Source: Sulfolobus acidocaldarius DSM 639 | GTDB lineage: Archaea > Thermoproteota > Thermoprotei_A > Sulfolobales > Sulfolobaceae | DNA length: 32,000 nt | NCBI RefSeq assembly: GCF_000012285.1 | Contig: NC_007181.1 | Span: 2,100,001 to 2,132,000 of the forward strand | Direction of reading: 5' to 3' | Part shown: piece after piece, positions 17,694 to 26,778 of the stretch | Numbering within the stretch: position 1 is the first letter of the stretch | How the letters are laid out: each line of letters opens with the position of its first letter | The notes under the pieces: model-generated | What the model was told of the DNA's origin: nothing | Databases searched by the model: none | Seen by the model: only the letters and a program-made list of their open reading frames with translations | Position numbers and translations under genes: made by a program

Positions 17694-18719
17694 ATGAGAT
17701 TAGGAAAGATAGACGCAAAAGTATTCTCCAGTGTGATTTATCCGCATCTGGGTAAGATAAGAGAGGAAGTCATAGTACCACCACAAAATGGTGTAGATAC
17801 AGGCGTAATCGACCTGAATGATGGAAGGGTTTTAGTAGTTAAAACGGATCCCGTATTTATTGTACCTCAACTTGGATTCAGAAAATCTGCCTGGTTTGCA
17901 GTCCATATCTTAGCGAGTGATGTAATGACTTCAGGAATTCCGCCACAGTATGCGCTAATTGATCTTAATCTTCCCCCCAGTATAAAAGACGATGAATTTC
18001 AGGATATGTGGGTAGGAATGCACGAAGCTATGAAAGAAATAGGGGTAATGGTAGTTGGTGGGCACACGGGTGTATATGAGGGTACAGATTATCCTATGAT
18101 TGGAGGCTTTTCGATGCTAGGTATCGGAAGTAAAGAAACTGTCGGAATGCCATCAAAGGTTAGGGTAGGTGATGATGTGATAATGACAAAGGGACCTGCA
18201 ATCGAGGCAGTAGCGTTACTGACCAATTTACATCCAGAGTACTTCAGACAGAGAACCAGTAGCAAAGAGCTCTTCGAAGATGCTTATAACTTATACTGGC
18301 AGATGAGTTGCTGGAAGGATGGGCTTATAGCTTCAAAGATTGGTATACACCTAATGCATGACGCTACCGAAGGAGGAGTCTACGGAGCATTAAATGAGAT
18401 AGCAAAGGTGACGAATAAGATGATAAAGATATATGAGGATAGATTATTCATTAGACCCAGCGTTAGGGAAATAACCAGAATAGTGGAGATTGACCCGTGG
18501 TCATCAATAAGTGAGGGTACCATGATTATTGTAAGTGATAAGGGAGAGGAGATAAAGAGAGAGCTCATTCGAAATGGAATTGAGGCTGAAGTTATTGGAA
18601 AGATTGATAGTGGTGAGGGAGTGGAATTGGTAGGTAAGGATGGGGCTAAGACAAAAATAAATCCACCTGAAGAGGATCCTTTCTGGAGAGCCTTCTTTAA
18701 GCTATCTAAGGAAATGTGA
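17694..18719 (+). CDS. AIR-synthase-related / PurM-superfamily protein (HypE/ThiL/SelD-related orphan)
   Basis: 341 aa with PurM-type N-domain motifs (GVDTGVIDL...VVKTDPVF...[13 protein letters not shown]...VVGGHTG) and a C-domain ([14 protein letters not shown]). It lacks the C-terminal Cys motif of HypE. The TATA-like GATTTAAACA (17664..17673) is centred 26 nt before the ATG. Confidence 0.75.
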   Translation: MRLGKIDAKVFSSVIYPHLGKIREEVIVPPQNGVDTGVIDLNDGRVLVVKTDPVFIVPQLGFRKSAWFAVHILASDVMTSGIPPQYALIDLNLPPSIKDDEFQDMWVGMHEAMKEIGVMVVGGHTGVYEGTDYPMIGGFSMLGIGSKETVGMPSKVRVGDDVIMTKGPAIEAVALLTNLHPEYFRQRTSSKELFEDAYNLYWQMSCWKDGLIASKIGIHLMHDATEGGVYGALNEIAKVTNKMIKIYEDRLFIRPSVREITRIVEIDPWSSISEGTMIIVSDKGEEIKRELIRNGIEAEVIGKIDSGEGVELVGKDGAKTKINPPEEDPFWRAFFKLSKEM

Positions 18720-18780
18720 TGTAGTAAAAAGAGGAACAAATAAAAAAGTACGTGATGGCTTTTAAAACATTCTTCCTTTT

Positions 18781-21700
18781 TTACTTTCTTCTGCCAATAA
18801 ATATAGCAACTATTCCTAATGCTAGTGCTATAATAGCAGCTATTAACGCTCCAGTGGCAATTGAGGATTGAGAGGACAATCTCGAGTCTAGTGTACTGGA
18901 AACCGACTGTAAATTGTTATTTAGGGTACTTGAAACCGACTGAATCTCGCTGTGAGCGGATTGTAAACCTTGATTTAATTGGTTGCTGAACGTCACATAG
19001 GTTGATGTCTTATTGAATAACCCTGTAGTTTGCTGAGCAACAACAGTCAATGTATAAGTACCGTCAGGATATTTTGTGGTATCGAGTTGATAGCTAAATG
19101 TTCCACTACCACTAAAAGTCGTCAATAACTGATTATCTAGGTATAGACTCACTTGCGATACTTGACTACCTGAGACGGTTATACCAATATTTACAGTACC
19201 CGTTAGATTACCTAAGGGAACATTTATTTGAATCGTGGGAAGTGATGGTGAGACACTGAGAATCTTAGAATTTATCTCTGAACTGATCTTGGAGTTAGTT
19301 AAGCCTGCACTATTAACGGTTGTGGATATTAGGTTAATATTACTATTTACTGCATTTATTGAGGCAACCTGTGAATTCACGATTGTAATATTAGCATTCT
19401 CGACGGTTATTGAGGACACATTAGAGCCCACAAGCATAAAGTTACCATTTGATAGAACTACGTTCTGGAGGATATTACTTCCTAAAACGGAGTTACCCGT
19501 TATATTTACGTTTCTTAAAACCATATTGTATAATTTCACGTTAGAGAGTGTCTGATTTTCCATTAGTGTATATGGAGTTACGTAAAAGGTATATGCAGAA
19601 CTTAAGTCATTTGTTGTAGGTACACCATCTGCAGAAACTCCTGAAATCAATATCTGGAATGGACCTGTGAAGTAAGTTAAACCTTTGAAATAGCTTAAGT
19701 TACCTAATGAGGAAGCTGATGGTATAGTGAAATTGCCCTCCCATAGTTGAATAGATGGATTGTAGAATAATGGTATATTGACATTCGCACTTATATTTGA
19801 ATAGCTGGAACTAAATGTCATTGGATAAACTGTAGCTGAATACATCCCATATTTTACAGGTGTTCCATTTGGATATGTAATATTAGCATAGACGTATACT
19901 GTTTGACCTTGATATACATACTTTTCAATATTTATTTGTGGTACACTGTACTTTGGTACAACATAAATCTGTCCGTAATAGAAACCTGTGAATACTTGAC
20001 CCAATGTTGACGAATTATAACTTGCGAATAATAATATCGTGTATAGACCAGCATTTAGGTTCTCTGGAACTGGTATGTAGCCATAGTACTGACCTAATGG
20101 ACTATAAGTGACTAGTCCCTGACTGACTACTTCACCCTGCTGGTTGACTAACTCAGCTTTTATTGTGATTCCCTGTGCTATATTTGGATCAGGAATGTTT
20201 GTCAATGGTGTTCCTTGTATTATTATTGACTGACCACCTGCAACAGCACCTGGTTCAGCAATAACTTGCGGTCGTATGAAGAGAGACTGTAAATAAATTC
20301 CGTTAGAGAATGCTACTATACCATAAGCGTTGTTCACGTAAATTAGATCATCACCCACTGTCAGGTTAGCCGGTAAAATACCTACCCATTCAGACGCTTT
20401 ATTATTATATACTAAAGTAATGTTAGTTAGGAATGTATATGCATTATCTGTAATATTATAAGAGTAAACAGAGGCTTCGACTGTAAAGTTAGTAGGTGCA
20501 GGATTCCCGTTAATATCTGTGACAACTGCCTGAACTGGGTTTATACCAGAGTAGAATGGAGTCATAGTTACCGGAGATAAGAAAGTCACGTAATAACCTG
20601 AAAATGTTTCAGTGAAACCATAGCCACTTGTTCCTTGAGAACTTCCATATACTACAACTGACAAGATTCCATTAGCAGTTGAAGGAAGGGTAAACTGTCC
20701 TGTCCATAAGCCAAGGCTTGAATTATAAGTTAGAGGTATGTTAGTCACATTTCCATATAAGTCCTCTAATACTGCATTGAAGCTACCTGATGAAACAACG
20801 GTTCTATTAATAGTTATATTAGCTACTACAGTCATTGTTTCTCCAGGCATGAATGTACTCTGAGATCCCTGAGGACCTAATAATTCAACCATGATAGATA
20901 GAGAACTCTTAAGTTCTGATCTGTGCGACTTTAAGTACTGCGCAAACTCTCCTGCATTCAGAGCTCCCCAACCTGTGGCTAAATTGTAGCCGTAACTAGA
21001 TGTCCATGGAATATTATATCCGAATGTTATTGGGTAGAATATTTTAGAATATAACTGAGGATTCTCGCCTATCTGATATAATAGCGGATTTATAAGCCCT
21101 AGACTATGGTTAACATAACTCATAACAGCTACGAGCATTCCTGCTAGTAATGGAGAAGCTTCACTTGTTCCTCCGGTTATGAGTGTCTGATTGAATCCAC
21201 CTATTATATATATTCCAGGGTAAACATTAGCATTCGCCGAAACGTCTGGACCAAGTCTACCATTTGGATATGTTTTAGGAGAAGTTATACCCCATTGATA
21301 CCAAGGTTTAGGTTCTACAATACTTACACCACCAGTGCCTCCTCCGTAGTTCACTCCATTAGGCACAAATCCATAATTGGACCATGCAGTCTGATAGAAT
21401 GACCCATTGGGGAACTGAATGTATGTTGTAGTTCCTCCAGCTGAAAGAACGTAGGGTGATGTAGATGGATATCCAGGTGTTCCTAAAGGACCATTACTAT
21501 AACCTGAACCGCCTACATCTCCGCTACTTGCTATAAATGTTATGCCCTCCACTGAGCCTAGTGCGTAGTATACATCAGTGAGAGCTATGTTGGTATAATA
21601 AATTGGGGCAGGATAACTAGATAATGAACTTTCAGATATGCTGAAACTTTGAGATATTATATTAACTTTATGTTGCTGATCAATATATGCAATTACTGCT

Positions 21701-22626
21701 GATAATGGCAAATTCAAATTTGCAATATATAACACCATATTTGCTCTAGGCGCCATAGTATGAGCTGACTCTACATCAAGGCTAATTTCTGAATCCCAGC
21801 CTGTTGCAATACCTAAGCCTGGATTATAAGGACCAATTGGAACGATAGTGAAGTTAGGCGGATTAGGTAACTTGACAATACTGTCATAGTAAGCTAACTG
21901 CTGTTGTATGTAAGGGTTACCGGCAAAATCTAAAATACCTATGGTAAAGTTCTGACCTTCATATCCTTTACTGTATAGTGAAGTCAAGTTGTAAACCTTC
22001 TGAAGTGCAGTAGGCCAATATGCCTCTATGGGTGCAGTAGTATTGGGTAGACTCCTGAAAGATCTTAACGACCCCTCTGAGATAAGTGTACTTGGATGTC
22101 CAAATATTAATTTTGTTACGTTTGAGGAGTATATGTAAATATTATCCACTTTCGGTGTTCCGTATATAGTGTAATATGATACGCTTCCATTGTTCATCAT
22201 TACGTATTGCACTCCCAAATAGTTCTCAACTTGTTTTACTGTTCCTGTTGCTACGATAACAGAATCAGCTGCAGTGTAAACTATATTAAATCCTGAGCTT
22301 TTGAGGTAACTTAATATTTCATTGAACTGGTCTGTAGGGTAAAATAATTTCTCTACCTGCGCTTGTGTGAGAAAATGCTGATAAAGAGGAGAGGAAGGAT
22401 TTGATATTTGGTTGACATAATAATAGAGTAGGTCAATATTCTTTAGCGGTATGTAAACTGTGAATTCCACATGATAGTTAGATGGAAGGGTACCAACTTC
22501 ATTGAAACCCTTTATGTTAATCGGCTGTATATACTGCGTAGCTCCTTGGGACTTTAAAATTAAAGCAGTTGGTATTATAAAAATACAGACTAAAAAGATA
22601 GATATTATCTTTTTTGCATACTTCAT
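18781..22626 (-). CDS. Secreted, C-terminally membrane-anchored S53 (sedolisin/kumamolisin-type) serine-carboxyl peptidase with a ~700-aa repeat-rich extension
   Basis: Signal peptide MKYAKKIISIFLVCIFIIPTALIL. Pro-kumamolisin-like prodomain (SSPLYQHFLTQAQVEKLFYPT...YLKSSGF). Catalytic residues by motif are E280/D284 (WDSEISLDVE), D370 (ASSGDVGG) and S488 (GGTSEASP, codon 21165..21163). About 29 N-x-S/T sequons by hand count. C-terminal TM helix plus RRK. Confidence 0.85.
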   Translation of the reverse strand: MKYAKKIISIFLVCIFIIPTALILKSQGATQYIQPINIKGFNEVGTLPSNYHVEFTVYIPLKNIDLLYYYVNQISNPSSPLYQHFLTQAQVEKLFYPTDQFNEILSYLKSSGFNIVYTAADSVIVATGTVKQVENYLGVQYVMMNNGSVSYYTIYGTPKVDNIYIYSSNVTKLIFGHPSTLISEGSLRSFRSLPNTTAPIEAYWPTALQKVYNLTSLYSKGYEGQNFTIGILDFAGNPYIQQQLAYYDSIVKLPNPPNFTIVPIGPYNPGLGIATGWDSEISLDVESAHTMAPRANMVLYIANLNLPLSAVIAYIDQQHKVNIISQSFSISESSLSSYPAPIYYTNIALTDVYYALGSVEGITFIASSGDVGGSGYSNGPLGTPGYPSTSPYVLSAGGTTTYIQFPNGSFYQTAWSNYGFVPNGVNYGGGTGGVSIVEPKPWYQWGITSPKTYPNGRLGPDVSANANVYPGIYIIGGFNQTLITGGTSEASPLLAGMLVAVMSYVNHSLGLINPLLYQIGENPQLYSKIFYPITFGYNIPWTSSYGYNLATGWGALNAGEFAQYLKSHRSELKSSLSIMVELLGPQGSQSTFMPGETMTVVANITINRTVVSSGSFNAVLEDLYGNVTNIPLTYNSSLGLWTGQFTLPSTANGILSVVVYGSSQGTSGYGFTETFSGYYVTFLSPVTMTPFYSGINPVQAVVTDINGNPAPTNFTVEASVYSYNITDNAYTFLTNITLVYNNKASEWVGILPANLTVGDDLIYVNNAYGIVAFSNGIYLQSLFIRPQVIAEPGAVAGGQSIIIQGTPLTNIPDPNIAQGITIKAELVNQQGEVVSQGLVTYSPLGQYYGYIPVPENLNAGLYTILLFASYNSSTLGQVFTGFYYGQIYVVPKYSVPQINIEKYVYQGQTVYVYANITYPNGTPVKYGMYSATVYPMTFSSSYSNISANVNIPLFYNPSIQLWEGNFTIPSASSLGNLSYFKGLTYFTGPFQILISGVSADGVPTTNDLSSAYTFYVTPYTLMENQTLSNVKLYNMVLRNVNITGNSVLGSNILQNVVLSNGNFMLVGSNVSSITVENANITIVNSQVASINAVNSNINLISTTVNSAGLTNSKISSEINSKILSVSPSLPTIQINVPLGNLTGTVNIGITVSGSQVSQVSLYLDNQLLTTFSGSGTFSYQLDTTKYPDGTYTLTVVAQQTTGLFNKTSTYVTFSNQLNQGLQSAHSEIQSVSSTLNNNLQSVSSTLDSRLSSQSSIATGALIAAIIALALGIVAIFIGRRK

Positions 22627-22815
22627 GAATTCTTGTGGTATTCAAAAATATATAAGTTTTATTTATGTATTAAAGGATCCAAATTATTTTTAAACTAGTG
22701 CATTAGATTTTATAATTATTATACTTTTCCGTCGATAAAATAATATAATGTTTAATATTCTATACATAAAGAATATAGTAAAATCTAGAAAAATTAAAAA
22801 TATTTTACTTAAATG

Positions 22816-23343
22816 TTATTTCTTCTCAAGACTCTTTAATGCCTTTATAAGGGAAGCTGCAAAGTAAGGTAGGTCACCAGGATGTCTAGAGGATATTAGA
22901 TTATCGTCAACGACAACTGCCTCATCAAGATATTGTCCTCCTGCAGCTATAACATCGTCTTTAATTGAACCATAAGAGGTCAACTTCCTTCCCTTTACAA
23001 CATTTGCAGATATTAAAACTTGGGGACCATGGCAAATCGCAGCAACAGGTTTCTTCAAATCAAAGAACCTTCTTGTTAAGACCTTTAGTTCTTCACTATT
23101 TCTAATGTTCTCAGGACCCCTTCCACCAGGTATAACTAATGCTAAATAATCCTCGGGTCTAACGTCCTTGAAGGCAACGTCTGAAATAACACTGTATCCA
23201 TGTTTACCTGTGACCTTAGCTTTAGCTTCCTTCCAGGCAACTACTGGCTTAAAGCCTTCTTCTATTACCCTGTAATAGGGGTAAAGGAACTCTATATCCT
23301 CAAATTCCTCTCCTATTACAAACAAGACTTTCTTTTCGTTCAT
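22816..23343 (-). CDS. DJ-1/PfpI family intracellular protease/deglycase
   Basis: 175 aa with the nucleophile elbow AAICHGPQVL (Cys-His), GFEDIE-type N-terminus (GEEFEDIE) and LVIPGGRGPE. Confidence 0.85.
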   Translation of the reverse strand: MNEKKVLFVIGEEFEDIEFLYPYYRVIEEGFKPVVAWKEAKAKVTGKHGYSVISDVAFKDVRPEDYLALVIPGGRGPENIRNSEELKVLTRRFFDLKKPVAAICHGPQVLISANVVKGRKLTSYGSIKDDVIAAGGQYLDEAVVVDDNLISSRHPGDLPYFAASLIKALKSLEKK

Positions 23344-23431
23344 AAATATATATGACCGTTCATAAAATTTAAGGTTAACCGCCTTAAAATTAAGGTCTTA
23401 TATTTTAAACTAGAAGTAAAATAGGAAACTA

Positions 23432-24382
23432 GTGAAAAACAAAAAGAAAGTAATTAAGGAGATAGAGCCGTGGGGCGTTAATATACCTTATTTGATACTA
23501 GGGTTAGTGTATTGGGGGATAGGAGGGATATCAGCATTCAACAATTTACCCCACCATTTTTACTTCATGATGATTGGAACTTATTCTATCTACTTTGGGA
23601 TGATCTCCAGGCTATTTTTCCCTGCTAGGAACTATCTCGCAACTCATCTTACTTCGCTTTTCCTCTTGGCTATACCTTATTACCCTTTTCAAGCCCTTGC
23701 ATCGTTAGTGTTGATAATTACAGAACTGTGGTCTATCTCAGATATAAGAGGATACGGTAGTAGATTTCCTTTAAACTTACTAGTCTTATCCTCACCTTTC
23801 GCTTCCCTAATAGGTTGGATATTTTACGTCCAATTTGGATACTTTGTATTAGTACCTCCACTTCTCCTCTATCTATTGGGTGTTAATATAGGAGTATTTA
23901 GTGCAACCTTAGGAATAAAAGCTAAACTAGGGTTCAAACAATTTTCCGTATTTATCTTAGTTCTGCTGTACCCAATTTCAATTAGTATAACGATTGCAGG
24001 TTATGTTTTATGGTTACTGTATAAAACTCGAGTAAAGGAGAGAAACCTATCATCAATTTTAACCCTGTCTGTAGCCGTAATTGTATCTTTTTCCTCACTC
24101 TTTCTGGGAGAGCAAATACATGCTTTCGCTTTCGGGGTTATGATACCTTTCTTCTTTAACTGTATTACGTATTCAACATCCCGATATAATTACGGGAAGC
24201 TTTTCCCAATACCTATACTATCAGCCCTCTCTTACTTTATGCGATTTGTAAATCTTCCTTTATCGTCAGTATTTTTCATTTCAGCTGTCCTAATCTTCCT
24301 CATTTTAAATAGACATAATTTTACTATAAGGACGATAAAGTTAGGCATGTCCAGTAAATATCTGCCAAGGAATTTAGAGTGA
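23432..24382 (+). CDS. Polytopic membrane protein, unknown function
   Basis: 316 aa with a GTG start, a basic N-terminus (KNKKKVIKE) and then about 9-10 hydrophobic helices. No motif was recognised. Confidence 0.5.
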   Translation: MKNKKKVIKEIEPWGVNIPYLILGLVYWGIGGISAFNNLPHHFYFMMIGTYSIYFGMISRLFFPARNYLATHLTSLFLLAIPYYPFQALASLVLIITELWSISDIRGYGSRFPLNLLVLSSPFASLIGWIFYVQFGYFVLVPPLLLYLLGVNIGVFSATLGIKAKLGFKQFSVFILVLLYPISISITIAGYVLWLLYKTRVKERNLSSILTLSVAVIVSFSSLFLGEQIHAFAFGVMIPFFFNCITYSTSRYNYGKLFPIPILSALSYFMRFVNLPLSSVFFISAVLIFLILNRHNFTIRTIKLGMSSKYLPRNLE

Positions 24383-24444
24383 GATCAAATGTGTAATAAA
24401 TTTTGAAATGATCTTTTAAATTATATAAAGTTGGACTATGAATT

Positions 24445-24966
24445 ATGAGTGAGAGGATATACAGGGGGAATATGATTAGTATCATAGCATCAGCATTTAT
24501 TTTAGTTGAACTTATATTAGTCCTTATAAATGGACTTCAGTACCTATTTTCAACCACATCTAAATTACTGATGTGGATAATATTTATCTTAGCCCTACCA
24601 TCTTATATCACATATTCTAGATCAAACCTCAAGAAAAGTTTCTTTATGAGAGTATTTGGAGCATTAGCAATAGTCATAGCATTTGCTGGACTTATACTAA
24701 TCCAGTTGAATCAGTTTATTGGAATCGAAACGTTAATACTAGGTTATATGTTTGAGCCCCTTGCAGGAATATCTATATACCTCTCGCTTTATAACGTGAA
24801 TAAACTATTCTCCTCATTATTTTTCTATGGCGCACTAATATACACGATAGGGCTTCCCATGTATCTAATAAACTTAGGCATAGTCTCTGTAGCTGGAGAT
24901 GTGATAAAAATGATAGGGTTATTTATGTTAATAATGTCTTTTTACACTAAAAGGAGAGTACTTTAG
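24445..24966 (+). CDS. Membrane protein, unknown function
   Basis: 173 aa with about 5 hydrophobic helices. It is co-oriented with the previous membrane protein across a 62-bp gap. No motif was recognised. Confidence 0.5.
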   Translation: MSERIYRGNMISIIASAFILVELILVLINGLQYLFSTTSKLLMWIIFILALPSYITYSRSNLKKSFFMRVFGALAIVIAFAGLILIQLNQFIGIETLILGYMFEPLAGISIYLSLYNVNKLFSSLFFYGALIYTIGLPMYLINLGIVSVAGDVIKMIGLFMLIMSFYTKRRVL

Positions 24967-25122
24967 AACTAGTATTGTGGACTGAAATATGAATTGCTCT
25001 CCGTCTTAGGTATTCCGCCTAAATTTATATGATACAGTAGCTTCCGTTTCTTTAATTTAGCTCAAACGTAGAAGAATTCCCTTCAGTATTGAGTATAAAT
25101 ACCTGAATTTGCATTATACATT

Positions 25123-26745
25123 ATGGAATCTGGTGCAAAAATATTTTTGGAAAATTTGAAAGAGTTAGGTGGAGTTGATAAAATATTTATAGTTTCAGGT
25201 ACGGATTATGCGGCGTTTATTGAGGAGAAAGCAAAAGATGGAGCACTACCTGAATTTATTGTTGTACCTCATGAAATAACAGCTACCGCAGCTGCTATGG
25301 GCTATTCACTCGGAGGCAAAACAGGGGTAGCAGCAGTACATACCATTCCGGGAACATTGAATGCGCTAGGTATAATTGTAGACGCTTACACGTCAAGGAT
25401 ACCACTTATAGTTATAGCAGGCAGAAGTCCTTATACAGAGGAGGGACATGAGGGAAGTAGAAACCTCAGAATCCACTGGACTCAGGAAGCTAGAGACCAA
25501 GGTACAGTGGTAAGGCAATGGATAAAATGGGACTTCGAAATAAGAAAAGTTGAACAAATTCCTGAGGCTATAGCAAGAGGGATTCAGCTAGCTTACAGTG
25601 AACCAAGAGGACCAGTTTACATAACAATTCCTAGAGAAGTAAGCGTAGAGAAGACACAGTCTCGAATATCGAGAAAGTTATCAACCTTTGAACCTGGAGC
25701 TAGATTAGAGGACATTAGGACAGCTCAGAGGATGATCGAGGAAAGTGAAAGACCTATAATACTCACCTGGAGAGCAGGTAGAAGAAAGGAATGGTTTGAT
25801 GAGATGAAGAAATTTGTTGATAACACAGGGATCCCTGTAGTGCATTACATCGGGGAAGTGGTAAACTACGAAGGTGACTTTGGGTTATATGAGTTTGACA
25901 TAACGAATTCAGATTTAGTGATCGTTGTAGAAAATGAAGTGCCATGGATACCTAAGAAGGTCGGAAAAATAAATGCTAAGGTCATAAGGGTAGACGTAGA
26001 TCCGTCATATTCTTATATACCTTTCTATGGATTTCCCTGCGACCTATGTATACAATCAACTGTCTCAGATTTCTTTTCAAGATTAAAAGTGAACGAAAAG
26101 AAAGAGTGGAAGGAGAAGGTACTAGAAATTAAAAGTGAGCAAGATAAGAAGAAGATCGAAGAGATAGAGAGATTGTCCAAAGGGAGGGATAAAATACATC
26201 CTAGATTACTCTCTTATATGATCACCAAGCTCTCTAGGGAACTGCTGGGAGACCAATATGCCATATTTAATGAATACCCGTTTAATCCGAAATATGCTAA
26301 ACTGCATTTTGGACAATACTTCTCAGATCCAGCATTCGGTCATTTGGGTTGGAGTTTAGGTGCATCCTTCGGTTTCAGTCTAGCCACAAATAAGAAAGTA
26401 ATAGCTACTGTAGGTGATGGATCCTTTATATTTGGAGTTCCTGACGCATTCTATTATGCAGTTAGGAGTTATGGGGGTGATGTTACAGTGATAATTTATG
26501 ACAATGGAGGTTGGCTCGCAAGTGCAGAAGCCACAGCTCATGTCTATCCTGAGGGAGAGGCAAGAAAAAGGCAGAACTATCCTGGGGCAGACTTCAAAAG
26601 GTATAATATAGGAGAGGGGGTTAGAGCATATGGAGGTTTCTACAAAGTAATAGAAGAAGTTAGTGAACTGGAGTACTCTCTGAAAGAGGCTATATTAAAT
26701 CGAGGACTATCAGTCCTGCAGGTTATAGTGGAAAAAACTAGATGA
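25123..26745 (+). CDS. Thiamine-diphosphate-dependent enzyme of the acetolactate synthase / 2-hydroxyacyl-CoA lyase / sulfoacetaldehyde acetyltransferase superfamily
   Basis: 540 aa. N-terminal PYR domain (VSGTDYAAF...HEITATAAAMGYS) and a C-terminal TPP-binding motif, GDGSFIFG followed about 25 residues later by IIYDNGGW. The substrate is not assignable. Confidence 0.75.
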   Translation: MESGAKIFLENLKELGGVDKIFIVSGTDYAAFIEEKAKDGALPEFIVVPHEITATAAAMGYSLGGKTGVAAVHTIPGTLNALGIIVDAYTSRIPLIVIAGRSPYTEEGHEGSRNLRIHWTQEARDQGTVVRQWIKWDFEIRKVEQIPEAIARGIQLAYSEPRGPVYITIPREVSVEKTQSRISRKLSTFEPGARLEDIRTAQRMIEESERPIILTWRAGRRKEWFDEMKKFVDNTGIPVVHYIGEVVNYEGDFGLYEFDITNSDLVIVVENEVPWIPKKVGKINAKVIRVDVDPSYSYIPFYGFPCDLCIQSTVSDFFSRLKVNEKKEWKEKVLEIKSEQDKKKIEEIERLSKGRDKIHPRLLSYMITKLSRELLGDQYAIFNEYPFNPKYAKLHFGQYFSDPAFGHLGWSLGASFGFSLATNKKVIATVGDGSFIFGVPDAFYYAVRSYGGDVTVIIYDNGGWLASAEATAHVYPEGEARKRQNYPGADFKRYNIGEGVRAYGGFYKVIEEVSELEYSLKEAILNRGLSVLQVIVEKTR

Positions 26746-26778
26746 CTTGAATAATACAAAAATTAAGGGAACTCTTCT

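Noticed and set aside
17694-18719. Calling the 341-aa PurM-like protein HypE (hydrogenase maturation)
   Set aside because: It has no C-terminal Cys motif and no hyp or hydrogenase genes nearby.
18380-18739. 119-aa minus-strand ORF overlapping the 3' end of the PurM-like gene
   Set aside because: It is antisense with Ser/Leu/Ile-rich low complexity. The plus-strand gene has clear family motifs.
19235-19555. 106-aa plus-strand ORF inside the S53 protease gene
   Set aside because: It coincides exactly with the Asn/Val/Ser repeat region, whose codon bias removes stops on the opposite strand. It is an artefact.
22502-22693. 63-aa plus-strand ORF across the protease start and promoter
   Set aside because: It overlaps the signal-peptide codons and TATA region of the protease on the other strand. 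There is no support for it.
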